The notes: generated by a model not told the origin, from the sequence alone. DNA of 64,000 nt from a bacterium (GCA_037446635.1 JBBIIG010000016.1:14065-78064), one strand, 5' to 3'. Shown: positions 38,674-48,944, counted from the first letter of the stretch. Translations and numbers: made by a program.

Positions 38674-40533
38674 ATGACCGACTACATCTGGCTAATCCCC
38701 GCCTTCCCGCTGCTGGGATTTTTAATCAACGGACTTTTTGGAGCGCGGCTTCCGGAGCGCCAAATAGGAAGAATCGCCGCCGGCGCGATTGGCTTGTCCT
38801 TCCTGAGTGCCGCCGCTTTGTTTTTTCATCTCCTGAGTTTGCCAGCGCCTCAACGGGTGATCAATCAGACTCTCTATAGCTGGATTCGCACCGGCAACTT
38901 CGAGGTCTCCATCAGCTTTTTGCTGGATCCCCTTTCGATGGTGATGGTGCTGGTGGTTACCGGCGTGGGGCTGCTCATCCACATCTACTCCATCGGCTAC
39001 ATGCACGGCGACCGCGGGTTCGCCCGCTATTTTGCGTTTCTGAATTTGTTCACCTTCGCCATGCTGATTTTGGTGCTGGCGGATAATTTCCTGCTGCTGT
39101 TTGTCGGCTGGGAGGGCGTCGGACTTTGTTCGTATTTGCTGATCGGATTTTGGTACGAAGATAACTACAACGCCTACGCCGGCAGAAAGGCGTTCATCGT
39201 CAACCGTATCGGCGACTTTGGATTTCTGCTGGGCTTGTTTTTGATCTTTGTTCATTTTGGGTCGCTGCACTTTGATACGGTTTTTAGCAAAGCCGCCACG
39301 CTGCAATTGGGCAGTGGTCTGGCCACGGCCATCGCGCTGCTGCTGTTTGTGGGCGCCACCGGCAAGTCCGCGCAAATTCCCCTGTTTGTCTGGCTGCCGG
39401 ACGCCATGGCCGGCCCGACGCCGGTTTCCGCGCTCATTCACGCCGCGACCATGGTGACCGCCGGCGTGTACATGGTGGCGCGCTGCCACGCCATTTTCCT
39501 GCAGGCGCCCACCGCCATGCACGTGGTGGCGATCATCGGGCTGGCGACGGCGTTTCTCTCCGCCACCATCGCGCTGGTGAACTCCGACATCAAGCGGGTG
39601 CTGGCGTATTCCACCATCAGCCAATTGGGGTACATGTTTCTGGCCTGCGGCGTGGGCGCGTTTGGCGCCGGCATTTTCCACGTCAGCACGCATGCGTATT
39701 TTAAAGCGCTGCTGTTTTTGAGCGCCGGCAGCGTCATGCACGCCCTCCATAACGAAACCGACATGACCAAAATGGGCGGCTTGAAAAATAAGCTGCCGGT
39801 GACCTATCGAGTATTTTTGGTGGGCGCCATGGCGCTGGCAGGCGTGCCCTTTCTTTCAGGATTCTTTTCGAAAGATGAAATCCTGTGGAAAACCGTTAAC
39901 AACATCGAATTTCGCGGCTTCGAATTGTGGCTGATTGCAGTTTTAGTGGCCGGCATGACCGCGTTTTATTCCTTCCGACTCATTTTTATGACCTTTCATG
40001 GTCATTCGCGGGTGCCTCTGGAGAAGGCCGCCCACATTCACGAGTCACCGACGATCATGACGGCGCCGTTAGTGGTACTGGCGATTCTTTCCGTCGTTGG
40101 CGGCTGGATTGGCATCCCCCATTACTTCAACAAGTTTGATGAGTTTCTGACGCCGGTGTTCAATCAATATGTGGTTATCGAGCACCTCGAAGGTTCGCTC
40201 ACGTATGAATTGTTTACCATCGCGGTTTCGGTGATCATTGCCTTATGGGGGATCGGTCTGGCGTATCTATTTTATGTAGCGAAGCCCTCCATGCCCATGA
40301 ATTTGTCGCTGCGGCTGAAACGAACGTATCAGTTTCTTTACAACAAATGGTACGTGGATGAATTGTACGATTTTCTTGTGGTGCGGCCGTTGGCGTTTTT
40401 GTCGGAAGTGTTTTTGTGGCGCTGGCTGGATGTGAAAATCATCGACGGTACCATTAATTCGGCGGCGAATTTGATGCAGCGTTTCAGCGATCTCTCGCGG
40501 CGGCTGCAATCCGGCGTGCACTCACTTTGGTGA
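38674..40533 (+). CDS. nuoL: NADH-quinone oxidoreductase subunit L (last TM lies in another frame, to 40574)
   Basis: GWEGVG, NRIGD, GKSAQIPL..WLPDAMAGPTPVSALIHAATMV. Confidence 0.93.
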   Translation: MTDYIWLIPAFPLLGFLINGLFGARLPERQIGRIAAGAIGLSFLSAAALFFHLLSLPAPQRVINQTLYSWIRTGNFEVSISFLLDPLSMVMVLVVTGVGLLIHIYSIGYMHGDRGFARYFAFLNLFTFAMLILVLADNFLLLFVGWEGVGLCSYLLIGFWYEDNYNAYAGRKAFIVNRIGDFGFLLGLFLIFVHFGSLHFDTVFSKAATLQLGSGLATAIALLLFVGATGKSAQIPLFVWLPDAMAGPTPVSALIHAATMVTAGVYMVARCHAIFLQAPTAMHVVAIIGLATAFLSATIALVNSDIKRVLAYSTISQLGYMFLACGVGAFGAGIFHVSTHAYFKALLFLSAGSVMHALHNETDMTKMGGLKNKLPVTYRVFLVGAMALAGVPFLSGFFSKDEILWKTVNNIEFRGFELWLIAVLVAGMTAFYSFRLIFMTFHGHSRVPLEKAAHIHESPTIMTAPLVVLAILSVVGGWIGIPHYFNKFDEFLTPVFNQYVVIEHLEGSLTYELFTIAVSVIIALWGIGLAYLFYVAKPSMPMNLSLRLKRTYQFLYNKWYVDELYDFLVVRPLAFLSEVFLWRWLDVKIIDGTINSAANLMQRFSDLSRRLQSGVHSLW

Positions 40534-40574
40534 TCGGGGTGGTATTGTTGATAGGATATTTTCTGTTTAGATAA

Positions 40575-40701
40575 AAGTGCGTGGCACTTCCAAAGTGCCG
40601 CGCACTTACTTGAGAAAAAATGCCAGGCGCTTCCAAAGTGCGTGGCATTTAATGGAAAGGATACGTGAAGATGCCAGGCACTTTCAAAGTGCCTGGCATC
40701 T
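40575..40701. repeat. Cluster of three 33-bp nested palindromes (15-3-15)
   Basis: 40575 aagtgcgtggcactt-cca-aagtgccgcgcactt; 40618 aaatgccaggcgctt-cca-aagtgcgtggcattt; 40669 agatgccaggcactt-tca-aagtgcctggcatct. Confidence 0.85.
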
Positions 40702-40710
40702 AACAAAAAG

Positions 40711-42252
40711 ATGAACATGAATTTGCCCTATTTGTCTCTAATTACGTTTCTACCGCTGGCGGGCGCGCTGGCGCTGCTTTTTATCGATGGCCAGCGCCGC
40801 GAGCTGCTCAAACGCACCGCCTTCGCCATTTCGGTGATTGTTTTCGCGCTGTCGCTGCCGCTCTATTTTCAATTTCAGGAACAAGCGGGAATGCAATTTG
40901 TGGAGCGCGCCGAGTGGATTCCGGCGTTCGGCGTCAGCTACCACCTCGGCATCGATGGCATCAGCCTGTTCATGGTTTTGCTCACCACGTTTTTAACGCC
41001 CATCGTCATTTTGGCCTCGTGGAGCGGCATCGAAAAAAATCTCAAAGGCTATCTCATCTCCATGCTGATTCTCGAAACCGGCATGATCGGCGTTTTCGTC
41101 TCACTCGATCTTTTCTTGTTTTATGTTTTTTGGGAAGCGATGCTCATCCCGATGTATTTCATCATCGGAGTCTGGGGCGGCCAGAACCGCATTTACGCCG
41201 CCATCAAATTTTTCATCTACACAATGGTCGGCAGCTTGCTGATGTTAGTGGCGATTCTGGTGCTCTATTTTTATCACGGCGGCCTCACCGACAACTACAC
41301 CTTCGACATTTTAGCTCTGCAGCAGATCAACATTCCGCTGGGTTACCAAACCTGGCTCTTTCTGGCGTTCGGCCTCAGCTTCGCCATCAAAGTGCCGATG
41401 TTCCCGTTTCACACCTGGCTGCCGGACGCCCACGTGGAAGCGCCCACCGGCGGCAGCGTGATTCTGGCCGGTGTGCTGCTGAAAATGGGCACCTACGGTT
41501 TTCTGCGGTTCTGCCTGCCGTTTTTCCCAAACGCCGTCAGCCAATTCACGCCGTGGATTTTAGCGCTGGGAGTCATCGGCGTCATCTACGGCGCGCTGGT
41601 GGCGATGGTGCAGCCGGATCTCAAAAAACTGGTGGCCTACTCCAGCGTCAGCCATCTGGGATTTGTGATGCTCGGAATTTTTGCGCTCAACAACCAGGGC
41701 ATTCAGGGCGGGTTGCTGCAGATGATTAATCACGGCCTTTCCACGGGCGCGCTGTTTTTGATCGTCGGCATGATTTACGAACGCCGCCACACCCGGCTCA
41801 TCGCTGACTTCGGCGGCCTGGCGAAACCGATCCCCATTTTCACCGCCTTTTTTATGATCATCACCCTGTCGTCCATTGGTCTGCCGGGACTCAACGGCTT
41901 CGTCGGCGAGTTTCTGATTCTGCTGGGAACCTTTTTGAAAAGCAAGCTGTTTGGCGTGCTGGCCGCGAGCGGCGTAATTTTAGCCGCAGTCTATATGCTT
42001 TGGATGTTCCAGCGCGTGATGTTTGGAAAAGTGGAGAAGCCGGAAAATCAAAATCTAACTGATTTGACGAAACGGGAAATTGCGGTGCTGGTACCCATCG
42101 TGATTTTTGTGGTGCTGATTGGCGTCTATCCCAACGCTTTTTTGAAGAAGATGGAGCCGACGGTCAATCAATTAATCGAGACGGTGCAGACGAAGCAAGC
42201 GCAAAGCGCGCCGTTTGATACATTTTTTGTCGCAGAAAAAAAATTGGATTAG
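40711..42252 (+). CDS. nuoM: NADH-quinone oxidoreductase subunit M
   Basis: [51 protein letters not shown]. Confidence 0.95.
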   Translation: MNMNLPYLSLITFLPLAGALALLFIDGQRRELLKRTAFAISVIVFALSLPLYFQFQEQAGMQFVERAEWIPAFGVSYHLGIDGISLFMVLLTTFLTPIVILASWSGIEKNLKGYLISMLILETGMIGVFVSLDLFLFYVFWEAMLIPMYFIIGVWGGQNRIYAAIKFFIYTMVGSLLMLVAILVLYFYHGGLTDNYTFDILALQQINIPLGYQTWLFLAFGLSFAIKVPMFPFHTWLPDAHVEAPTGGSVILAGVLLKMGTYGFLRFCLPFFPNAVSQFTPWILALGVIGVIYGALVAMVQPDLKKLVAYSSVSHLGFVMLGIFALNNQGIQGGLLQMINHGLSTGALFLIVGMIYERRHTRLIADFGGLAKPIPIFTAFFMIITLSSIGLPGLNGFVGEFLILLGTFLKSKLFGVLAASGVILAAVYMLWMFQRVMFGKVEKPENQNLTDLTKREIAVLVPIVIFVVLIGVYPNAFLKKMEPTVNQLIETVQTKQAQSAPFDTFFVAEKKLD

Positions 42253-42257
42253 CATGA

Positions 42258-42290
42258 AACCCTGTCAGGGTTTCGAACCCTGACAGGGTT
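42258..42290. repeat. 33-bp nested palindrome (15-3-15)
   Basis: aaccctgtcagggtt-tcg-aaccctgacagggtt. Confidence 0.85.
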
Positions 42291-42303
42291 GGATCACGAC
42301 CCT

Positions 42304-43779
42304 ATGAGTGAACTATCTCTTACAAACATGAATCTGGCGGTGGTAGCGCCGGCCATCGCGTTAACCCTCAGCGGTTTCGTGGTGGTGTTGCTGGGTTTGT
42401 TTTTCAAAAACGTCTCACGGGCGCTGTTTCTGACGGTAACCGCTTTAGGGTTGGCACTGGCCTTTGCGGCAACGTTCTCTCTTTGGGATCAAAATCAACT
42501 GGCTTTTGGCGGCCTGGTGGCAGCGGATAATTTTGCGCTGGTGTTCAATTGTGTTTTTCTAATTGGCGCGGTGATGAGTATTCTGCTTGCGCTGAATGCC
42601 CACGAGAGCGGCTACCTGCTTTATCCGGAATTTTTTGCAATTGTGATGTTTGCCGCCGTGGGGATGATTCTCATGGCGGGCGCAACCAACTTCCTGACGC
42701 TGTTCGTCGGTCTCGAAACCTTGTCCATTTCCCTTTATATTTTGGCCGGATTCAAAAAGAACGAAATCCGCTCACTGGAATCCGCCTTCAAATATTTTCT
42801 GCTGGGCGCGTTCGCCAGCGGATTTTTGTTGTACGGGATCGCCTTTATTTACGGCGCTGCCGGCAGCCTCGATCTCGCGCAGGTTTCCACTTACGTTAGA
42901 AACAACGGAATGGCAGAGAACCCGCTGATGCTGCTCGGCGGTTTGCTGGTGGTGGTGGGTCTCGGCTTCAAAGTGGCGATGGTTCCCTTTCACATGTGGG
43001 CGCCGGACGTTTATGAAGGCGCGCCCACGCCCATCACCGCGTTCATGTCCACCGGCTCCAAAGCCGCGGGCTTTGCCGCGCTGCTGCGAGTGCTGATTTC
43101 CTCCACCGACGGCGCCGTTTCGGACTGGGTTGCGGTCTTGTGGGTGCTGTCGGTTTTATCCATGTTCATTGGCAACATCGCCGCCATTGTGCAATCGAAT
43201 CTCAAACGAATGCTGGCGTATTCTTCCATCGCCCACGCCGGCTACGTGCTGGTGGGAATCGTCGCTTGCCTGCCTGTGCAGACAGGGAATGAAGCCGGGG
43301 CAGCCAGCGTCATCTTCTATTTGCTTTCCTACACGTTTATGAACATCGGAGCGTTTGGGGTCATTTCGATGATCAGCAGCAAAGAGAAGGAATATACCAC
43401 ACTCAACGACGTTCGCGGCCTCGCCTTTCAACAGCCATTTGTTGCCGTGGTGATGGCCTTATTTATGTTCTCGCTGGCCGGGCTTCCGCCAACCGCGGGC
43501 TTCGTGGGTAAGTTTTATTTGTTTTCAGCGGCAGTGAAGGCCGGACACATTCCGCTGGTGATCATTGGCGTCATCAATTCGATGATCTCCCTCTATTTTT
43601 ACCTCGGCGTGGTGGTGGTGATGTTCATGAAGGAAGCCCAGCAGCCCATTGCCGCTCCCAAAAGAATCGCAGCCGTGACCACGAGTTTGTTTCTCGCCGC
43701 CGTTGGTACGCTCGGTCTGGGTTTGTTTCCCTCACAGTTAATTGGCCAATTACGAATTGTGGTTAGCCGCTTGCTGTGA
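42304..43779 (+). CDS. nuoN: NADH-quinone oxidoreductase subunit N
   Basis: ESAFKYFLLG, FKVAMVPFHMWAPDVYEGAP, KRMLAYSSIAHAGY, SLAGLPPTAGF. Confidence 0.95.
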   Translation: MSELSLTNMNLAVVAPAIALTLSGFVVVLLGLFFKNVSRALFLTVTALGLALAFAATFSLWDQNQLAFGGLVAADNFALVFNCVFLIGAVMSILLALNAHESGYLLYPEFFAIVMFAAVGMILMAGATNFLTLFVGLETLSISLYILAGFKKNEIRSLESAFKYFLLGAFASGFLLYGIAFIYGAAGSLDLAQVSTYVRNNGMAENPLMLLGGLLVVVGLGFKVAMVPFHMWAPDVYEGAPTPITAFMSTGSKAAGFAALLRVLISSTDGAVSDWVAVLWVLSVLSMFIGNIAAIVQSNLKRMLAYSSIAHAGYVLVGIVACLPVQTGNEAGAASVIFYLLSYTFMNIGAFGVISMISSKEKEYTTLNDVRGLAFQQPFVAVVMALFMFSLAGLPPTAGFVGKFYLFSAAVKAGHIPLVIIGVINSMISLYFYLGVVVVMFMKEAQQPIAAPKRIAAVTTSLFLAAVGTLGLGLFPSQLIGQLRIVVSRLL

Positions 43780-43867
43780 CCACTTTTCAAATTTAAATCA
43801 AAGAAAAGAAATAAAGCTGTATAAAAGTTTGTTCGCTTCCTCCCAACGAAGTCGAGGGCAGGATTAA

Positions 43868-44794
43868 ATGAAACAGAGCTATCAAAATTTACTGGAAGAC
43901 GTTAAAACCGATCACACTTCGGGGGCGTCGGTGGTGGCTAAAAAGGCCATCAGCTGCCTGGAGGCGCTGGCGAAAGAAAAGTCGGGGTCGGGCGTTGCCG
44001 AATTGACCTCAGAAATCGAACGCGTGGCGAGTGAAATTGTGAAAGCCCAGCCCAACATGGCGCAGCTTACCAATCTTTTCAACACGATTTTTGTTACTCT
44101 CGACGCCGCGCCCTCGGACGACTCGCTGGCGCTGGCGCGAAAAATTTCCGGCGAAGCCAAGCGCTTCGCGGAAAACGCCAAAAAGGCCGTGGCGAAAGTT
44201 GCCGAATTAGGCGCGCAGCTCATCTCCGCCGACGACACCGTGCTGACTCACAGCAACAGCAGCACGATTTTGGCGATCATCAAAAAAGCGCACGAGGCCG
44301 GCAAACCCTTTCAAGTGATCATCTCGGAATCACGGCCAGCGTGCGAGGGCCGGGAGCGCGCCCGGGAGTTGTCGAAGATGGGCATTCGCACCATCTATTT
44401 GACCGACGCCGCGATCAGCATGGGGGTGGAGCGCGCCGATATCGTGCTGTTGGGCGCCGACAGCATTTCGGAAAGTTCATTGGTCAACAAAATTGGCTCG
44501 AAGGCCATTTGCCTGCTGGCGCGTGAGGCGCTGGTTCCATGTTACGCCGCCAGCGAATCCAGCAAATTTACCCCGCAAAAACTGACTCCCAAAAAAGAAC
44601 CCCTGCGCGATCACAATGAAGTTTGGGAGAATCCGCCGCCGGAAACAACGGTGGAGAATTACTATTTTGACGAGACGCCGCTGGATCTCTTCACCGGCAT
44701 CATCACCGAGGCCGGCGTGCTGACGCCGGAGGAAATGGGCGGGAAGATTCGCGCGCAGGTGCTGCATCCCCGGCTTTTAGAAATATTAAAATGA
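43868..44794 (+). CDS. eIF-2B alpha/beta/delta family protein (R15P-isomerase-like)
   Basis: SGA, QPNMA, VLTHSNSS, SESRP..EG, GAD, NKIGS, FDETP, ITEAG. Confidence 0.85.
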   Translation: MKQSYQNLLEDVKTDHTSGASVVAKKAISCLEALAKEKSGSGVAELTSEIERVASEIVKAQPNMAQLTNLFNTIFVTLDAAPSDDSLALARKISGEAKRFAENAKKAVAKVAELGAQLISADDTVLTHSNSSTILAIIKKAHEAGKPFQVIISESRPACEGRERARELSKMGIRTIYLTDAAISMGVERADIVLLGADSISESSLVNKIGSKAICLLAREALVPCYAASESSKFTPQKLTPKKEPLRDHNEVWENPPPETTVENYYFDETPLDLFTGIITEAGVLTPEEMGGKIRAQVLHPRLLEILK

Positions 44795-46278
44795 TGAACG
44801 TTCGCGTTAAACAAACAAAACTGCAGAATGAACCCTGCGAGGTCTTGATTTTAGGGGTTTGGAAAAACGCCAAAACCTTGCCGCTCGGCGGCAATCCGCG
44901 GCTGCAAAAGGTTTGCAAGGAGTTTTTGGCCGCCAATGATTTTAAGGGCAAGAGCAGTGAAACCGTCGTTTTGTTTCACCCCGCTAATTTGCCCGCCAAA
45001 CGAATTGCGTTGGTGGGGTTAGGGGATAAAGACGGCTACGATTTGGAGCGCATCCGCCAGGCTTGCGGCGCGGCCGCCAAAACTCTGATGCGGCTCGGGC
45101 TGCGGCGCGTCGCTCTGGCCGTGGAAACCTTTGCCGCGGATGACCTGCCAATTTCCGATGTCAGCCAATCTGCCGTGGAGGGGATGATTCTGGCCGCTTA
45201 TCAATATACCGCCTTCAAAGAAGTAAAGCCCGAGGAAAAAATATCCCTCGATGAGACGACCCTTCTGTTTGAGGAAGCGGTTCGCAAAGAGGTGGAGGAG
45301 GGAGGCCGTTGGGGAAAAATTGTTGCGGAGGCGACGAATTTTGCCCGCGATTTACAAAATCATCCCGGCAACTTCGTTACCCCCACGAAATTAGCCGAAG
45401 CCGCAAAAACGGTGGCGGCCGAGGCGGGTTTACGATGCAAAGTCTTAGAAAAAGCCCAGATGGAAAAACTTGGGATGGGGGCGCTGCTCGGCGTGGCCAG
45501 GGGCAGTTTGGAGTCGCCGAAGTTTATCATTCTCGAACATAAGCCGGCAAAGGCAACCTCGCCGGCGGTGGTTTTGGTGGGCAAGGGCATCACGTTTGAC
45601 AGCGGCGGCATTTCCATCAAACCCAGCGACCGCATGGAGGAGATGAAGTTCGATATGTCCGGCGGCGCCGCGGTCATCGGCGCGCTGAAGGCCGCAGCGC
45701 AATTGAAACTGCCGGTTCATGTGGTTGGACTGATTCCCTCCTGCGAAAATTTGCCCAGCGGAACCGCCATGAAACCCGGCGACATTCTGCGCGCCAGCTC
45801 CGGCACCACCATCGAAATTGTCAACACCGACGCCGAGGGCCGCTTGATTTTGGCGGACGCCCTCCATTACGCCAAACGTTATAAGCCCGCCGCGGTCATC
45901 GATCTCGCGACCTTGACCGGCGCCTGCGTGGTGGCCCTGGGCACGTACGCTTCCGGGCTGTTCAGCCGCGACCCGGAATTAGCCGCCGCCCTGCAGCGCG
46001 CCGGCGAAAAAAGCGGCGAGCGCGTCTGGCAACTGCCGCTGTGGGACGACTACAACGAAGACATCAAAAGCGATTACGCCGACATCAAAAATTCCGCGGG
46101 CCGTGCCGGCGGGGCCATCACCGCGGCCGCGTTTCTTGGTAAGTTCGCCGAGGGCTACCCCTGGGCGCATCTTGATATCGCCGGCACCGCCTGGGCGGAT
46201 AAAGAAAAGGGTTATTTTTCTAAAGGCGGCACCGGAGTCGGGGTGCGGCTGCTGGTGGAGTATTTGAGATCTCGCTAA
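44791..46278 (+). CDS. pepA: Leucyl aminopeptidase (M17)
   Basis: GKGITFDSGG, MKFDMSG, NTDAEGRL, DLATLTGA, WAHLDIAG. Confidence 0.95.
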   Translation: MMNVRVKQTKLQNEPCEVLILGVWKNAKTLPLGGNPRLQKVCKEFLAANDFKGKSSETVVLFHPANLPAKRIALVGLGDKDGYDLERIRQACGAAAKTLMRLGLRRVALAVETFAADDLPISDVSQSAVEGMILAAYQYTAFKEVKPEEKISLDETTLLFEEAVRKEVEEGGRWGKIVAEATNFARDLQNHPGNFVTPTKLAEAAKTVAAEAGLRCKVLEKAQMEKLGMGALLGVARGSLESPKFIILEHKPAKATSPAVVLVGKGITFDSGGISIKPSDRMEEMKFDMSGGAAVIGALKAAAQLKLPVHVVGLIPSCENLPSGTAMKPGDILRASSGTTIEIVNTDAEGRLILADALHYAKRYKPAAVIDLATLTGACVVALGTYASGLFSRDPELAAALQRAGEKSGERVWQLPLWDDYNEDIKSDYADIKNSAGRAGGAITAAAFLGKFAEGYPWAHLDIAGTAWADKEKGYFSKGGTGVGVRLLVEYLRSR

Positions 46279-46357
46279 GGACAGTCATGCGAGATTTTTC
46301 TTTTGACTTTTAGGATCGAAAAACTATATTTCGATAAAAAAGTGTAAGGCTGCAATC

Positions 46358-46666
46358 ATGCCTGAATACGTTACAAAAGAAGAGCTCTACGAAATTTTAG
46401 ACGAGCGTTTTGATATTCGCCAGGATATCGAAGGTTTAAAGCGAGACGCTTCCGAATTGAAGGTTGAGGTTTCGACCATAAAAGTTGAGTTAAAGCGATT
46501 CGAGGTTGAGCTAAGGCGGGTAGAGGAAACGCTGCGCACGGAGATTAAACGCCTCGATGAGAGATTCGACGGTTTGAAGCAAACCCTAAATCTTCATTTG
46601 ACGTTGATTCTGCTTTTGTTTGGTACCATCATTTCAGGATTTGTGAAGCTTATTTTTTTCCCGTAA
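46358..46666 (+). CDS. Small coiled-coil protein with C-terminal TM (DUF1640/CCDC90-like), copy 1
   Basis: YVTKEEL, heptad stalk, hydrophobic tail. Confidence 0.7.
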   Translation: MPEYVTKEELYEILDERFDIRQDIEGLKRDASELKVEVSTIKVELKRFEVELRRVEETLRTEIKRLDERFDGLKQTLNLHLTLILLLFGTIISGFVKLIFFP

Positions 46667-46679
46667 AAAAGTTTTGAGT

Positions 46680-46934
46680 ATGCCCGAATACGTTACAAAA
46701 GAAGAGCTCTACGAAATCTTAGACGAGCGTTTTGATATTCGCCAGGATATCGAGGGTTTGAAACGCGACGTATCTGATTTGAAAGTTGAAGTGGCCACAG
46801 TGAAAGTTGAGATCAAACGTCTTGACGAAAAATTCGACGGTTTGAGGCAGACACTTAATCTTCATTTGACGCTGATTCTGCTTCTGTTTGGCGCCATCAT
46901 TTCAGGATTTGTGAAGCTAATTTTTTTCCCTTAG
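46680..46934 (+). CDS. Small coiled-coil protein with C-terminal TM, copy 2 (18 aa shorter)
   Basis: Near-identical tandem paralog. Confidence 0.7.
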   Translation: MPEYVTKEELYEILDERFDIRQDIEGLKRDVSDLKVEVATVKVEIKRLDEKFDGLRQTLNLHLTLILLLFGAIISGFVKLIFFP

Positions 46935-46956
46935 GTTTTGCGGCCACCAGCCGGAC

Positions 46957-48726
46957 TCACCTCACCAAAAGCATCTTCTTTATTTCACTAAATCTCCCCA
47001 ACTCAATTTTGTAAAAATACAAACCGCTGGGCGCTGCATCGCCGCGATCATTTGTCCCATCCCAGAACGCCGAATAGCGGCCGGCCGTTTGAGTTTCATC
47101 AACCAACGTTTTGACTTTCTGTCCCAAGATGTTGAAGACGTACAATCGAACATGAAACTCCGCCGGCAGCTCGTAGCGAATTTCGGTGCTGGGGTTAAAT
47201 GGATTGGGGAAATTCTGGTGAAGCTGGAAGAATTTGGGAAGAGGCTCGGGTATTTCCTCCCCTTCCGCATTGAGAGAAAGACTGAAGTTGCTTGCGGCCA
47301 TCAGCCTTGCCCAGCCCGCATTATATTTCATAGTTGAAACGCTGGCCAGGTGCCCCGGCCCCAAACCGCCTACTACCGCAATGATAACCTCCTGAGTATC
47401 GCCCAGCGCCATTGAAAATGGGCCTGTGACTAAATGCATCCGGCGATCATCCGGATTTGCGTCAAGCCAACCCGTGCCCGTGACCGGGTCGCCGGGCACC
47501 CGAAATTTTGTCGGCTTACCGGTTGGATCAAGCCAGGGATCGGGGAGACATTCTGGCCTTGGCCTGTAACTGCGGAAAAGATTCCACCATTGTAGCGCGC
47601 TGAACGGAGGCCTCTCTGGACTAGCGCTAAAAAAAGCAAAAGCGTCCATGCCGCGATTTAGCGCGCCTCTTACTTCGCGCAAATTGAACCGGGCTTCATC
47701 TTGTGGGTTCCCGGTAAATACCCGTGGGCCTTGAACCAGTACGTAGCCAATCGCGGGCGGCGGTAAATTGAACTCTTGAAATACCGGGTCGAAGGTGGAG
47801 TTGTAACAGTAGCCGATGGAACGAAGGGTGTCGCAGCCAACCAGATCGTCTCCCAAATAGCCCACGTCTGGGTCGGAAAACTGCGCAACATACATGCTAT
47901 CGATGTGTGCGGTATCGGGAGTGGCGATCGTGCCTTTGTAGATGAGGCGGTATCGTTTGAAGATGATGTTTTGTAACGCCTCCGTTAACGGGGAACCGCG
48001 GCGATTATATGCCCACAAGGTTACCTGGACTTCCAGCCCTATTGGCGGCGATCCGTACAAGGCTAAGGTGGAAATTGAATCCAAATCATTGGCAACGAAC
48101 CAGACCACTTGATCGGCCTGTGCCAGCCCCGGCTCTTCGCCGTCATCCATCATGCCGTTATGATTGGTATCATAAAACGGCGCACCTTTTTGCCACGGCT
48201 ACTCCAGCCAGTCTGTTTCATATTGCGCACGAACAAAATTGATTTCGGCGTCGGTTATGCTATCCGGCAAAAGGTTAAAAAACTCAGCGGCGTCCTGTTC
48301 GAGATCGGCGGTTTGCCAGTCTCGGCGGATCCGCCAGATTCTCACGTCCGGGGCAACTGGGTCTTCGGCCACACCTCTTTCAATAATTCTTCCCGGCAGT
48401 AATCCTGAAGAATAAACCGTTCCGCCAACTCGGGTAAACGATGGTGCAGGAGGAAAAATGCATCCAACTCCAATCAGCCTGCCGTCTTTGACCTGGCCTC
48501 CCCAAAGAACGCCATCGCTGAAAATTACGCTACCGGTACCTCGTGGGTAAGTAGCTCCTGGTCCACCTGAAGGATCATTCGCGGTGACACCATCTTCGTG
48601 AATCCACATTGAAAGTTTGTTGATGGTGACCAGGGTTGCGCCGACGTCCTCATTAGACCGCAGAAATTTCGCCTGGCCGAATAGCCAGGATGTTTGTAGT
48701 ATCCAAATGATTAGAATAAACTTCAT
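46957..48726 (-). pseudogene. Secreted FlgD-Ig/T9SS-like C-terminal domain protein interrupted by in-frame TAG at 48201-48199
   Basis: Signal peptide ORF and C-terminal ORF are in one frame: ..YETDWLE*PWQKGAPFYD..; QNFPNPFNP tail. Confidence 0.8.
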
Positions 48727-48888
48727 TTTGGGCGCGAAAAAGAGTTACTCATTTTAATATTTTTTCACCAACGTATCGTGGCTGAAATTTCGCCTACAAT
48801 TTAAAGTTGCCTGAGTTCAAAATCAAAATAAATTATTTCGTTAGTAAAAAATAACGTTTATTTTCAAGTGTCTAATTCCAAAAATAAC

Positions 48889-48917
48889 TTGCGAATGGCG
48901 CGATATTTCTTTATATT
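48889..48917 (+). promoter_or_regulatory. Sigma70-type promoter for ffh
   Basis: TTGCGA-N17-TATATT. Confidence 0.6.
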
Positions 48918-48944
48918 GCCTTCCGCATTTTTAAGATTTCAGGC

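Noticed and set aside
38722..39750. 342-aa minus-strand ORF
   Set aside because: Antisense shadow of nuoL.
40575..40701. Possible mini CRISPR array
   Set aside because: Three non-identical palindromes with gaps of only 10 and 18 nt; no cas genes or leader; they fit the 15-3-15 repeat family.
46358..46934. DGR template/variable repeat pair
   Set aside because: Differences are not adenine-specific and are largely synonymous; both copies are full ORFs; no reverse transcriptase in the window.
30046..48201. Genome-wide TAG recoding (Trp, Gln or Pyl) suggested by two in-frame TAGs
   Set aside because: TAG is the normal stop of korA, queD, nuoJ, nuoK, nuoM and rplS at expected C-termini; no pyl genes or suppressor tRNA seen.
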